This document shows, in pieces, positions 13,399-25,269 of a stretch of 64,000 nt of DNA. This stretch comes from Schmidtea polychroa. Its lineage: Eukaryota. Location: NCBI GenBank assembly GCA_044892525.1, contig CM097885.1:234050001-234114000 (forward strand). The letters run 5' to 3'. The notes under the pieces are model-generated. The model saw nothing but the letters and a program-made list of their open reading frames with translations, did no database searches and was not told the origin of the DNA. Position 1 is the stretch's first letter. The number at the start of each line of letters is the position of its first letter. The position numbers were made by a program, and so were the translations under genes.

Positions 13399-14157
13399 TC
13401 AATCACAAAGTAGATGGAGATGTGCCAGTAAATAGTTCGTCCAAATCGAAAAAATCAGCAGCATCCTCTTTCCACGAGATGCTAGAGGGAGGCACGACTC
13501 AAAAATGGCGAGCCGGTACGGCTGGCACCGCTGCTTGTGTTTGTAGAGCTGCCTGACGATTTCTGTGATCAACCTGGCCTCTCGCTCGGTTTGTAACACT
13601 TTTCGTTTACTATTCCGCTCGGCTCGCGTCGGATGCCGGCGCTTGGAGGTTTTCTGCAGTATCGGGAGAGTGACCGATTCCGGAAGGACGACGGACCTTG
13701 GAACCGTATGATTGATGCCCGCGATGCTGACATCAGGTGTCGTGGGTGATAGAAGAGTGTCCACACAACTTGTATAAGCTTTACCCACTGATCGAATCGG
13801 ATCCAGTGGGTAGTGACGACTCGGAAAGGCATTATCCTCCTCGGCCATCGGCACATTGACGATCTTTTTTGTGATCATCGCCTGTGCGTAGACCTTGTGT
13901 AGGGCTTCGGATTGTTCCTTCACGAGCCGTCGCGAAGACCAGCTCTCATCGACGAGATTGTCACGGCAGTGCTCGACCCTTGCCAACTTCTTCCTCGTCT
14001 CTTTCATCTGCAGAGGTGCGAACCACGTTCCTTCCAGTTCATCTATCCTCTTCCTTAGCAATCCAATCTGTCCCTGCAGCGTCTTGATTATGGCATTCTT
14101 GTCTGAACAAGAATAACAAGGCTTTAAAATCGATGAGGTGGCGGGCTTTCCAGACAT
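13399..14157 (-). CDS. Unknown 252-aa protein (CxxC, coiled coil, basic patch), LTR-associated; the frame is open up to 14451
   Basis: Markedly more GC-rich than the flanks. MSGKPATSSILKPCYSCSDKNAIIKTLQGQIGLLRKRIDELE; KTSKRRHPTRAERNSKRK. A pyrimidine-rich acceptor TTTTTGTTGTTGTCATAG ends 2 nt before the ATG at 14157. Confidence 0.55.
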   Translation of the reverse strand: MSGKPATSSILKPCYSCSDKNAIIKTLQGQIGLLRKRIDELEGTWFAPLQMKETRKKLARVEHCRDNLVDESWSSRRLVKEQSEALHKVYAQAMITKKIVNVPMAEEDNAFPSRHYPLDPIRSVGKAYTSCVDTLLSPTTPDVSIAGINHTVPRSVVLPESVTLPILQKTSKRRHPTRAERNSKRKVLQTEREARLITEIVRQLYKHKQRCQPYRLAIFESCLPLASRGKRMLLIFSIWTNYLLAHLHLLCD

Positions 14158-14779
14158 TTCTATGACAACAACAAAAATATATATAGCTGAACCAGACAGA
14201 TAAACATAGGAAAAACATATAACTATAAGTAGATGGTGAAAGCTAATAATTGAGCGAGAAAGTTCCCTTACCTCGTATGTCTTGCCAGCGGTGATCACGT
14301 CCGTTTTAGTACGCATATGATGATACGGAATAAACACAAGTGAACAAGAGGAAAAGGGAAGTGAGATGAAGAACGCGTTTTCGACAGGCATCCGTTTATC
14401 GTTAGAAAGACAGGTTTCGGACGATGCTAGGGGATACGAGCACCCACTCATTACCGTGGTCGATTTAATTAGTATAACTTTTTATTATTGTCAATCGTTA
14501 ACCAAGATTGGGATGGAATTCAACTCACTCTTCAACATGCGAAATTTAACCATCAAAGACATGTCGAGACAGATGGTATCATTATTTCCAGATTACAAAC
14601 AGTAGACTCAAGCTAGTAGGAGAAAATTAACTAACTGATCTTCGATTTAAATTAAATTGAAATAAACAAAAATCAAGAACTAAGGGCAAAAATCGGAAAG
14701 TCAATTATCATTCATTGAAAAATGTGAATCCAATTTGTTAGGTAAGTTTAATATATTGTTGGGCTAGAACTGATTTCTA

Positions 14780-15435
14780 GACCCAAAGTTGGGAATGGGA
14801 CGAAATGTGTCAGTACACAACACGCATACCCAGCATTAAGTTTACTTAAATAAAAATATATAAAACACCAAGTAAACAATGATAATAGAGAGATAATATA
14901 CCCAAAAATAAAACATCTGAATTAAAAATAAAATAAAACACGAGCAAGAAGTATTACACGAAAACTTACTCAAATATAACCGAAAGACATAAAACAACAA
15001 AAAACAAATTCGAATAAAGGCGATTAGTAAAAATTAAAAAAGAAAATTAAAGAAAATCTTCATAAAATCTTACGTAAAGAAAATTATATCGATATTTTGA
15101 ATAAAAATCCAGAACAATTCATAAAAATGGCGAAATCCATCATGACGGCCAAACGACCCAATAAAATTTATAAAAAATCAATATTTTAGTTTAAAAAATA
15201 AATATTTTAGAAAAGAAATCATAAAAAACAATTTAAAAATAAGAAATAGATTGAATTTAGCATGGACTGTTCTGGAAATGCTGAAATCCATCATGGAGGC
15301 AAATTTAATAAAAAATAATTCAAAAATAAAATTTCAAAAATATAAACAAAAATTCTTACTGAAAAATCGCTATCAAAATCGATAAAAATTAAAAATCGAA
15401 TGTTCGAGAATTAAAATAATCTGAATTTGTTTTAC
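14780..15435 (+). repeat. A-rich dispersed repeat, family B
   Basis: Shares CAAGAAGTAT and CGC(T/C)ATCAAAAT(C/T)GATAAAAATTAA with 25270-25845 and 39200-39795, and AAAATGGCGAAAT(C/T)CATCATGAC with 25270-25845. Confidence 0.6.
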
Positions 15436-15663
15436 TGCATCAATGCACGCATGTATACTTACACGTCAAACAGAGGCTATATAAACTAACACATTTCGTC
15501 ACTTTTTAAGCAAGGAAAAAAAAATGCAAATGAATATTTTTACTCTTATGCCAAATTTTTGGTTTTGATTTTTCTGAGATTGTAGGTAAGGACGATTTCA
15601 TTGTGAATTATAAATTATTATTATTGAAACCTTGTTTTCATTATTTCTTTTTAACTATAGAAA

Positions 15664-16180
15664 TGTAGGTTTGAGTGAGATCGTCGGTTATCATTGATTT
15701 TGAAGCGAGATCCCAGTCAACCCTGCACCTATGCACTTCATCATCGATGAGTAAACAGCCCACAATGATCGCAGGCCACTGCCTGGCACGCACTTATCAA
15801 TATTATTGGTTTTTTTTCTGTTCAGGTCATTCGGAGGTCGCACCACTTCATGGTTCTGCCATGGAGTTAAGTCGATGAAATCCTCCGTCTGACTCTACCT
15901 ATTTATTATAGGTCAGCCGTAAAGGGTTGACTTACCACACAACAGTAAGGTTTGTCGTAGTGGTCACAGTGGGGCCGCGAAAGCAAACACTCTTCCCGAC
16001 TTTCAATGCATGAATAATTTACATAGTTAAAATCTACATCCAAAATCATCACAATACAATACACTAAGGTTAATAAACAGAGTAGATCTCAGACCTAAAT
16101 TAATCACAACTCTACAACTCACAATTAATGTAGACGGTTAAATATCATCAAGAACCAACTCTACCTATACGTTTGTCGAA
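15664..16180 (-). repeat. LTR-like repeat, family A (diverged copy)
   Basis: TCATCATCGA...GCAGGCCAC shared with 22330-22370, and GCA(C/G)CACTTC shared with 12980. TG boundary at 15664. Confidence 0.5.
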
Positions 16181-16379
16181 TCTAAATTTATAAATGTCCT
16201 AAATAAATTTTCTAGTAATAATGTAAAGTAAAGATTTTTTTCTAAATGATTGATTTAGTAGCGATAGTATTCATAAAGGTGTTCGACATGCGTATCGGCA
16301 AGACTTGGATTTTAAATTGAATAGACTCTGAACTAACTATAAAAATACAAATCGTAAACCCATAAAAGTATAAATTATC

Positions 16380-17340
16380 ATCTCAATTGCATAAAAATAT
16401 GAATTATACTTATAGATTTAATTTCTTCAAAATATAAATTATGATTAGTTATAAAGGTATAAATTACAAATTTAATTTTTCAAAAATATAAATTACAAAT
16501 TTATATTGACTGTAAAATTATAAATTATAACTCTAAGTTAATTACAAAAGTATAAATTATAATCCTAATTTCATAAAAATATAAATTATAATTAGTTATA
16601 AAAGTATAAATTATAAATTTAATTTCCTGAAAATATAAATTACAAATTTACATTGACTATAAATTATAAATTATAACTCTAAGTTAATTACAAAAGTATA
16701 AATTATAATCCTAATTTCATAAAAATATAAATTATAATTAGTTATAAAAGTATAAATTATAAATTTAAATTCCTAAAAATATAAATTACAAATTTACATT
16801 GACTATAAATTATAAATTATAACTCTAAGTTGATTGTAAAAGTATAAATTATAATCTTAATTTCTTCAAAATATAAATCATGATCTTAAAAGTATAAATT
16901 ATAAAATTATATTAGCTACAAAATATAAACTATAAATTTACCTTAACTTCATAAAAATATAAATCATAAACTTAAAAATATAACTTATAAAATTATATTA
17001 GCTTTAGAAATATAAACTATAAATTGAACTTCACCAAATATAAATTATACACTTAAAAAAAAAATAAATTATAAAATTATATTAGCTTTAAAATATAAAC
17101 CATAAAATTAGCTTCATAAAAATATAAATTATAAACTTAAAAATAAAAATTATAAAATTATATTAGCTTTGGGAATATAAACTATAAATTGAACTTCACC
17201 AAATATAAATTATAAACTTAAAAGTATAAATTATAAAATTATATCAGTTCTAAAATATAAACTATAAATTTAACTTCATAAAAATATAAATTATAAAATT
17301 ATATTAGCTTTAAAATATAAACTATAAATTTAACTTAACT
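16380..17340. repeat. AT-rich minisatellite with a 146-bp higher-order unit followed by ~80-bp units
   Basis: CTCTAAG recurs at 16531, 16677 and 16823, and AATC(C/T)TAATTT at 16561, 16707 and 16853. Subunit core AATATAAATTATA. Confidence 0.9.
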
Positions 17341-17669
17341 TAGATTGGCTTTAACATCATAGTTGAAAATTTTTCATCAAAGACCCCCCATAAACCATAT
17401 AGTCATCAACTACCACCTAAATATACTAAATTAGCTTATCTTAATATATATTTAACTTATATTATATTTTAAAATATAAATTGAAAATTTTCATAAATGA
17501 CCCCCCTTCAAATTATGTAGCCATTAACTATTCCTTAGGTATACTGAATTGTATCATCTTCGTATAGAGTCAAATTATATTTCAAACCAAAAAAAAAAAA
17601 TAATAATTCCATAAATTTTCGTAAATGATCCCCCCATATGTAGTAATCTTATAAAAATATAAATTTACA

Positions 17670-17712
17670 TTTATTATTATTATTATTATCGTTATTATTA
17701 TTATTATTATTA

Positions 17713-17754
<42 letters not shown>

Positions 17755-17823
17755 GCATTGTTACCAGTAACATTATCACTCTTACTATTATTATTACTAT
17801 TATCATTATTATTATTATATTAT
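17670..17823. repeat. (ATT)n microsatellite
   Basis: Direct reading. It explains the poly-Ile ORF 17582-17806. Confidence 0.95.
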
Positions 17824-18273
17824 TAAAATAATTATCTTTATTTCATAAAAATAAAATTATAAAACAAATTATTGATTTTGGGATTCCCCTATCTCTAAAT
17901 TTAGTTTCAATGGCCCTATCTTCCAATAAAATTACGGAAAATCACTAAAATCTATTTTTAGTAACACCCCCCCCCTGAAAACGACATCAATATTATTAAT
18001 TTAAATTATATCCATATATGTATATATGTGTGGGTGTATATGTATGTGTATATATAAGTGGATGTGTGTATGTACATACCGATTTATAAAACAACCTTAT
18101 AACAATACGATAACCTTCCCCCTCAAGACCCCTGTTATGTGATGGTCACAACCCCTTTAAGGTGATGGAACGAGGATAGAGTAGTTTACTGAAGTAATTT
18201 AGTAGAATCATTTATTAAAATTATTGGATTTATTTTTAACTAAATCAAAGAGACTAAATTTATTTTTAACTAG

Positions 18274-18483
18274 ATCAAAAGAAAAAGAAAAACAAAGACT
18301 AAGTTTATTGATTTCGATCATCAAATTTATTCACATAATTGTTTCTTTGAATCATATTCATACCAAAAAGTCCTTCAAGCTCAGTTGATGGACCATCCCG
18401 ATGAAATACATTTCCTGGGGTTGGAAAATGGAAAACTTATATTAAAATATCTTTCAGAATTTCTTTTAGATTTCCACAATTAA
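18274..18483 (+). other. Possible terminal coding exon of an unidentified plus-strand gene
   Basis: Acceptor TTTTAACTAG followed by 69 open codons (IKRKRKTKTKFIDFDHQIYSHNCFFESYSYQKVLQAQLMDHPDEIHFLGLENGKL...) to TAA. No upstream exon identified. Confidence 0.25.
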
Positions 18484-18545
18484 ATAATTCCAAATTATTT
18501 CTCACAAATATATTCGATCAAAAAGAATTTTAATATTTTATTTAA

Positions 18546-19214
18546 TTACAACATCCTGAATTTATTTCTTTGCTTGGCTGCTTTAAGATCATAAATGGGC
18601 ATTTTTCATTTATTAATCGGATAAAATCAGTTTTTCTGTACAACCTTTACATTCTTCACCCCAGCTTTCTAATATTTTTTGAGATCTTTAACGCGAGCTT
18701 TGTTTAGATTAATACCAGTAAGATCAATAGGTTTGTCTGAAAAATAGTTGAATTAATATTTAAAATCTTAACTGAACATACCATATTTTAATTCACAAAT
18801 TTGTGCATCAATTGCTTTTAGTTTTTCAGACTTTTTCAGCGGGCATAACCCAACTCAAAGGCTGAGACAAATGTTTTACAATATATGCAGTAGATGTTAC
18901 CAATCCTCCAATATAATAACACTAAAAATAAATTACAATTTTATAGTAATCAGTTATAATACCTTACCAGACTTTATTCTTTTCCTTTACTTGTTTTGCT
19001 CATCTTTTTGAATTTATTTTCAATATTTTCGATATTTGTACTTTCATCTCCATCTAGACTATCTTTCAGGCGTCTCACAAACTTAACACAAACTGAACAA
19101 TTTTTAAATATAATAAAAATAAGTGCCAAATACCTTCGCAATTATTTTCATTAACCGTAGCTGACATTACATAGTAAACAATGATTAGAAAAGAAAAACT
19201 GATAAAATTTTCAT
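18546..19214 (-). pseudogene. MANF: MANF/ARMET neurotrophic factor gene, 4 exons, frameshifted (pseudogene or consensus error)
   Basis: Exons 19214-19134, 19092-18968, 18921-18782 and 18736-18546 with 41-46 nt GT-AG introns. Repaired translation: signal peptide [83 protein letters not shown]. Confidence 0.9.
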
Positions 19215-19620
19215 TGCAAAATATTACTAATATAAAAAAATGGTTTGTTAAAAAAAAAATAATTAGTTAAAACAAGTTTAAAATACTTCAAACTGACGTA
19301 TAAGTTTTGTTTAAAATGTAAGTAACGAGTATTGTAAAATTAATTTAATATTATTATAAATTTTGAATTAAAATTTTCTTAAAATTCTAGAAAAAAAATC
19401 TATTATTAATAGAAAACAAATTTTTAAAAATAAATAAAGTTTGAGTCAATTTGAATTTTCTAGAAGTATCTCTTAAAATTATATAGGGAATTGTTTTGTA
19501 ACAGTTATTGATGTATTTTGAATTTATTTAACTTGAATTAAAAATATAATATTAACAAAAATGTATTGTGAGATTTTGATTGTTGATCTAACCATCTCTC
19601 TATAACTACCCGGGCTCAAC

Positions 19621-20444
19621 AAAGGGGAGTGTCATTGTAGGTCAACTAGGACAGTCATAGTCACCGCGAAATACGCTTAGTCAAATAATACGCGGTCATA
19701 AACAATCATGGTTCTTGTAAAGTTATTATATTTTGTTGTTGTGGTTGATGAAATTTCTGACCCTTATTTGTATGTTCACTAATATATAAGTTGTTTGTTT
19801 TTTGATTATTTTCTAATTAAATTCATTATTCCCAAAAATTTCTTAAGGTATGTTTAATAAACTTTGGTTATGTTTCACTTAATTTATACTCAAACATGTT
19901 AGATGGGGTATTGTATGAACAGGTTTTAATAGATTAATGTATGATTCCTGATGACTTATGATCGGTTGAGGATAGAAAGTTTGTATAGGCATAGTTGAGA
20001 AAGTAATTATAATAAGGGACCTGCGTAAATCGGACATACATCTTCTAACGATAGTCCGTGAACCCATTAGAGTGCTCGACAATTACAGTGCAAGTAGTGC
20101 GCTCACTTTTTGCGAGTACTCACCCTCTTGATACAGTACCAACGTTGATCACTCAACGGGTATCAAGCGGTAAACAATGTTGTATCTTGGGTTACGCTGG
20201 TAACAGCACTAAAGAGCAAAATATTTGATCATCAGTAACCCACCAATATTTTATCAACTGATTTAGACCCCTTCTAATTACAAATCTAGATATGAGTTTA
20301 CACTGTTGGTCTAATGGTGGTCTCATTAGCATGTCTGCACGTGTCGATTTTTCATGGATAAGACAGTATCTAGTGGCTGTGGATTTAACAATCATTTCAC
20401 TTGTGATCGTCTTATGGCTATATTGATTTGTGACTCGTGCAACA
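19621..20444 (+). mobile_element. Polypurine tract plus ~815-bp LTR, family A (best-delimited copy)
   Basis: AAAGGGGAG (19621-19629) is immediately followed by TGTCAT, and the copy ends ...GCAACA at 20444. AATAAA inside. Conserved core ACCAACGTTGATCACTCAAC at 20138. Confidence 0.65.
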
Positions 20445-20879
20445 CTGATAATTGTATTTTATTATCGCTCATTGGTTTAGCGGATGTTATTATTCCGATT
20501 AATATGAGGTGATTATCAGTGTGGTTTATGATTTTTAGATGTGTGTTGTGAATAGCCCGTGTGTTGTTTCAAATTCGGTATTGAGCTCCGATTCTTATCT
20601 GTTGCTATTCTTCCATTAGCATGGAAAATTTCTTATTGGAACAATATCTAAACGCTATCTAATGAGAAGTGAAATGCGGTAAATTACAGAAAATCACGTC
20701 GAATTGTCTTTATTGGGGCTTATTCTCTTAGATCTCAGCACTTAAGTTCCATGTTGGAGAAAGAAGTTCAAATTCTCATGAGTGATAAATTGCTTACCCT
20801 GATATTTGACTAATGTTTGGGTCTGTTTATTACTTATACCAATTTTGTGGGTAGATTTATTGTTCCTATTCAATTTCCA

Positions 20880-21230
20880 CGCGATTGAACGTCGAAAAAC
20901 AAATTTCTGCTACACCGATATTCACCCTAGCTGACGAAAGGTAGAATTCACAGATTTATTTACGATCTGAAGAAAATAAAATCCAGTTCTCGAAGATGGA
21001 AAGAAACCGAGTACGGACTTCCTTAGTCATTACGAGACTTCCTCTAAGCAGTGCAATCCAGCTACTATCGCATCGAATGTTGAAAATTACCTGGCGGCGA
21101 CAGATCAGGGGGAAACCCCCACGATGACCCGATCGATTCCGCCGCGATTCTGAAACACCAATCGACTTACTCGCAAGAGGAACAACGAATGTCCCTCAAG
21201 CTGTGGCCTTTCAGGTGCCAGTTTCGCGAA
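20880..21230 (+). mobile_element. Decayed coding remnant homologous to ORF 34822-35295
   Basis: CGCGAT..ACCGATATT..CCC and GAAGATGGAAAG (20992 vs 34942) are shared. Translations EDGK..ETSS...AT vs EDGK..ETSP...AT. Confidence 0.4.
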
Positions 21231-22275
21231 ATGTTTTCAAAATATATCATAACATTAATTCAATTTTGTATTCATTTATAATTTCCTTCTTGAACAAAAA
21301 CATAATCATCATTTTCATTAAATATCTAATAAATAATTAATTACGAATCAAAAGAGAAAACTGAAAACTGTTTTAAGTTTTAATTTTTAAAATACGTTAC
21401 ATTCATGATTACGTTTAAATATCATAATATACATAACAAATTAAAAGATTAACTGTCTAATAAAATTTCCTTTCAAAACGATAATAGTCCGTTAAATCAA
21501 CTTTCTTTCAAACTCTAGTTTATGATTTGGGATCTTCGAGTGATTTGTCTGTCGCGCAAAATGACCTAAAGTTATTATAAGTTAATATTTTTACATTATA
21601 CCTAGTGTGACTTACCTAAAGTTATTTTAAAATAACATTGAAATTTTCATTTCAATGCGGTGCTTATATAGTTTATTGTAAAATGTGTGGGACAATCAAA
21701 ATTGAGACACCGTTAAATTATTTAATTTAATTAAAATTTATATATTTTATTGATTTTTTTTGGTTTTTTTGGTTTTTCTTTAAATTATATTAATTTTCTA
21801 AATCTTTTCTATTAACTGTATGTATTTGGTGTTATTTTTTCCACTTTTATCGGCTTTTAATACTTTGATTTTTGTTTTAACTCTATGTTTTATTTATTTT
21901 TCTATGTTTTATTTATTTAGTTAATGTACTTATTTTGTATTTGAGTTATTTTTGATTTTGGGTATTTTTTGTTGTTACCTTTTCCTCCCTTTATTTGCTT
22001 ACTCTATTTCCTCTTTGGTTTTTGGTCTTACCTCTCAGCTCAACAGTGTCTATAGAAGACACAAACTCTTTCCTCTCAAGGTATGTCCCATCAGAACTCA
22101 GTCAGGTAGACATTTATTTAATGGTGAAACTCCAATCCAACCACATAGAATTCAAACGTAAAAATTATATAATACAGGGAATAAAGTTATCGAGACGAAA
22201 ATACAAGTCGCACTATGTTTGTCAAAATAAAATATTAGGTCACTAGACAAACACAAAGGTTAATTTTTAGAATGA

Positions 22276-22974
22276 TGTTCACGTAGGAACTTTCTCACAA
22301 TTTGGGTTTGAATCTCTCGACGAAGTTGAACTCATCATCGAGTCCGCTTATTCAATGCAGGCCACATGAATAGGCTTTGGTGGAAGATATAGTATAGGGA
22401 TCTTGAAGACATTTTTCAGAGTCGAAGAACCCGTTGTGGACAGTTTTAGGTCGGACGAATTTCATAGACTAATTCCTCTTCTATGAAATACTTGGAGAGC
22501 TTCTAGGTAATGGGTTACATGTGGGGAAGATCTTTCACTTCTAAGCTCCCATCCGATCAACACTTTATCTATTTTCGTACTTCCATCTGCACCCGCGCAT
22601 AATTGTTTTAACAAGCCACTAAACGCCCGTCACAGGCGACGTTGGTATTGCGATTTAACGAGTGGCTGTTGGCATAAGGTGAGCTCTACAATAACAATTG
22701 GTGATGACCAGACGAGCCGCTGAGTTCAATGGCTACTGTGGAAGTTGTCGTGCCTAGTCTTCTCTTGTCTCTCTATCATTTTACTATGTACTCGCTTTCC
22801 TAGTCGTCGCTGTCTACTTCAAACTTATATGATAAGAACCTTTGCTTAAATAAAATTCAAAGATTCAGGTAAAATTTCTAGATTATTTGACTGGAATTAT
22901 CTTTTGAATCATCCGCGATCATATTGACAAAATAAGATTATAGTTGTTTGTATTATGTCGCTAGTTATTTCACA
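22276..22974 (-). repeat. LTR-like repeat, family A
   Basis: Minus strand starts TGTGAAATAACTAGCGACA (compare AACTAGGACA), contains AGTCAAATAAT and the GCTCAC-N32-ACCAAC core, and ends ...GAACA. Confidence 0.55.
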
Positions 22975-24925
22975 AAATTTGTATTTAATTTATTGTTTGA
23001 TTAGATTCATTGTAATATTTAAATCTTTTTCCTAAGAAGATAACCTTTCTTGGCCTCAAGATGATAATAGTATCACGATTTAATCAATATATATCTTTAA
23101 ATTTCTAACTTTAATATGACTGATTCTTAGGAAAACAATCTTTCCGACTTAATTATTTTTTCATATTATCTTAATAAGATCAGAGTCAAAACATTATTAA
23201 AATAAAATATTTTATTTTATTTATACAATAAAGCAGGCAATAGCAACATTCAATTTTCAAATGAGTTCTTGCTCGAGTTTTTTCTTCTTTAGTTATTTCT
23301 TTCTTTTGTCGTACTAATTAACCTTGTCTTTCAAATCCATTTGGTTCTTCTTGTTCCAAAAATATTTTATTTTCTTTGTTTCTGAGATGGTTGAGAATGA
23401 AATTTTCCGTTTGTATTTTGTTTCTGTAGTTCTTCTATTGTAGCTTTCTCTTTTCTTTTCTCGGTTTTAAGATGAATTTTCGTGGAGTTTTTGTGTAGTC
23501 TCTGAAGAAATCTTTATAAAATTTTCTATATGGATTTTTTTGTGTTGAGGTTGGTTGAATTTTTATAGAATATTTTTGTAGAATTTCTGATAGACATTTT
23601 TTGGTTTTCTGTTGTGTTAGAATTTTTTATTTATACTAATATAAACTCTGGTAGGATTCCACAATACCGAGTTTCTACTTTATTTTTTTTGTTCAATTGC
23701 TGTATAATTTTAGTTAGTTGATTCAGCACCTAACTTTTTACAGTTGAAATTTTGACTATTGTAATTGAGTCCAAACTTTGACAGTAAAATATAATCTTTT
23801 GATTTTTTTTCGACTTTCTTCATTCTTTTTTCTGTGATTTTTTTTCGAGCATTTTTTGTTTAATTTCGAAATTTTATTTTCCATATTTTCACCAATTTTC
23901 CTCTAAAATGTTTATACTGATGGTTTGTTTATTTGCCCTTGTTTTCTTATAAGCTTTCTATCTCTAAATAACGCAAATTAGCGTTATTTGAACTATATTT
24001 GTATTTTTTTGCTTTTTCCAATCATTAATCTTTTTCTTAATCTATTTTTCCATTATTTTTCTTTTCTCTGTTGAGTTAGAACGGATTTTGACCCCAAGTG
24101 GTTATATTGTGACAGAAAAACATCAGGACATAGCACACAAACATAATATGAAGTTGAGTTAAACTCAAACAAGTCTGTAGTGTGACATTAATTTTTATTT
24201 TTGCAATTATGATTTGCAATTGTTAATTGTATTATTGTCGTTTATATTGGGAAAACTATAATAAAACTATATAGGATAATTCTCTATAGTAAATTACTAC
24301 TATAGAATTACAAATAAAAAATCAATAAAAACTTAAAAAGATTTAATAGATTCTGGAAGAAAATAATCTAAAAATAGTAAAAGAAAACAAATAGAAACCC
24401 TATTAATTCCCGAGATACAATACAATCTAGAATATTCTTATTCAAACATTTTTCATTCTATTATAACTCAAATCAGAAGAGATTTTCCCATTCAGCACAA
24501 ATATCTAAAATATTCAAAATATTCTCATTCAAATACTATAATTCAGTTCATCTTACTATAATTCAAGTCAATGAAAATTTAAATATTTAGTTTAAATATT
24601 TAAAATATTCAAAATATACTCATCAAAATACCATTCATCCTATTATAATTTAAACCAAAAGAGAATTCCCGCTCGGTTCAATCTCCTTAAATCGAAGTTT
24701 GATTTTCTTATTCTATAAATAAAATTTTGTAAAGTTAAATTAGTCTGTTATATTTCATTCGTTGTATTACGTACACTACTACATTCAACATACAAGCATT
24801 CCAACTGTCCCGAGACAATATTTTTTAAAAGTGACTCTGTTGGGTTCTACAAATTTCTTTAGTACAACACTAACAATCACAATTTACGATAAACTACAAT
24901 TTAGTAAATAACACGTAAGATCTTC

Positions 24926-25266
24926 GGATCAGCGAAAAAAAAGACGGGCCCAAAAATTAAATTAATAATTAAAATTTAAAAATAACTTAAAACATGTTGA
25001 GTGTGACCAGTCCCTTGTGAGCAATACCCATAGGGGGACAAAATATCTTGTCGGATAAACTCAGAGTATACCTTTTGTTTGATATACATATTATAAGGTT
25101 TGAAAACTTTCGAGGGTCTGACTAAAAATGACCTCTAAATAACCTTTTGAATGAACCATCGTTCAATAAAATCCATTGGAGGAAACTCTGAAAATTTATT
25201 TATTATTTATATTTTATTATTTAACAATACCGAAAAAAAGACGGCCGTCTTTTTTTTCGCTGATCC
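24926..25266. mobile_element. 341-bp MITE with GG termini and 8-bp TSD (Merlin- or MULE-like)
   Basis: 22-bp TIR GGATCAGCGAAAAAAAAGACGG. TSD AGATCTTC at 24918-24925 and 25267-25274. Confidence 0.85.
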
Positions 25267-25269
25267 AGA

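Noticed and set aside
13569-14116. Alternative-frame and antisense ORFs overlapping the 13399-14451 ORF
   Set aside because: Short, expected in GC-rich DNA, and without independent motifs.
17582-17806. Poly-Ile ORF
   Set aside because: Translation of an (ATT)n microsatellite.
18300-19150. Initially suspected Helitron/transposase fragment
   Set aside because: Resolved as MANF exons plus a possible plus-strand exon. No helicase or Rep motifs.
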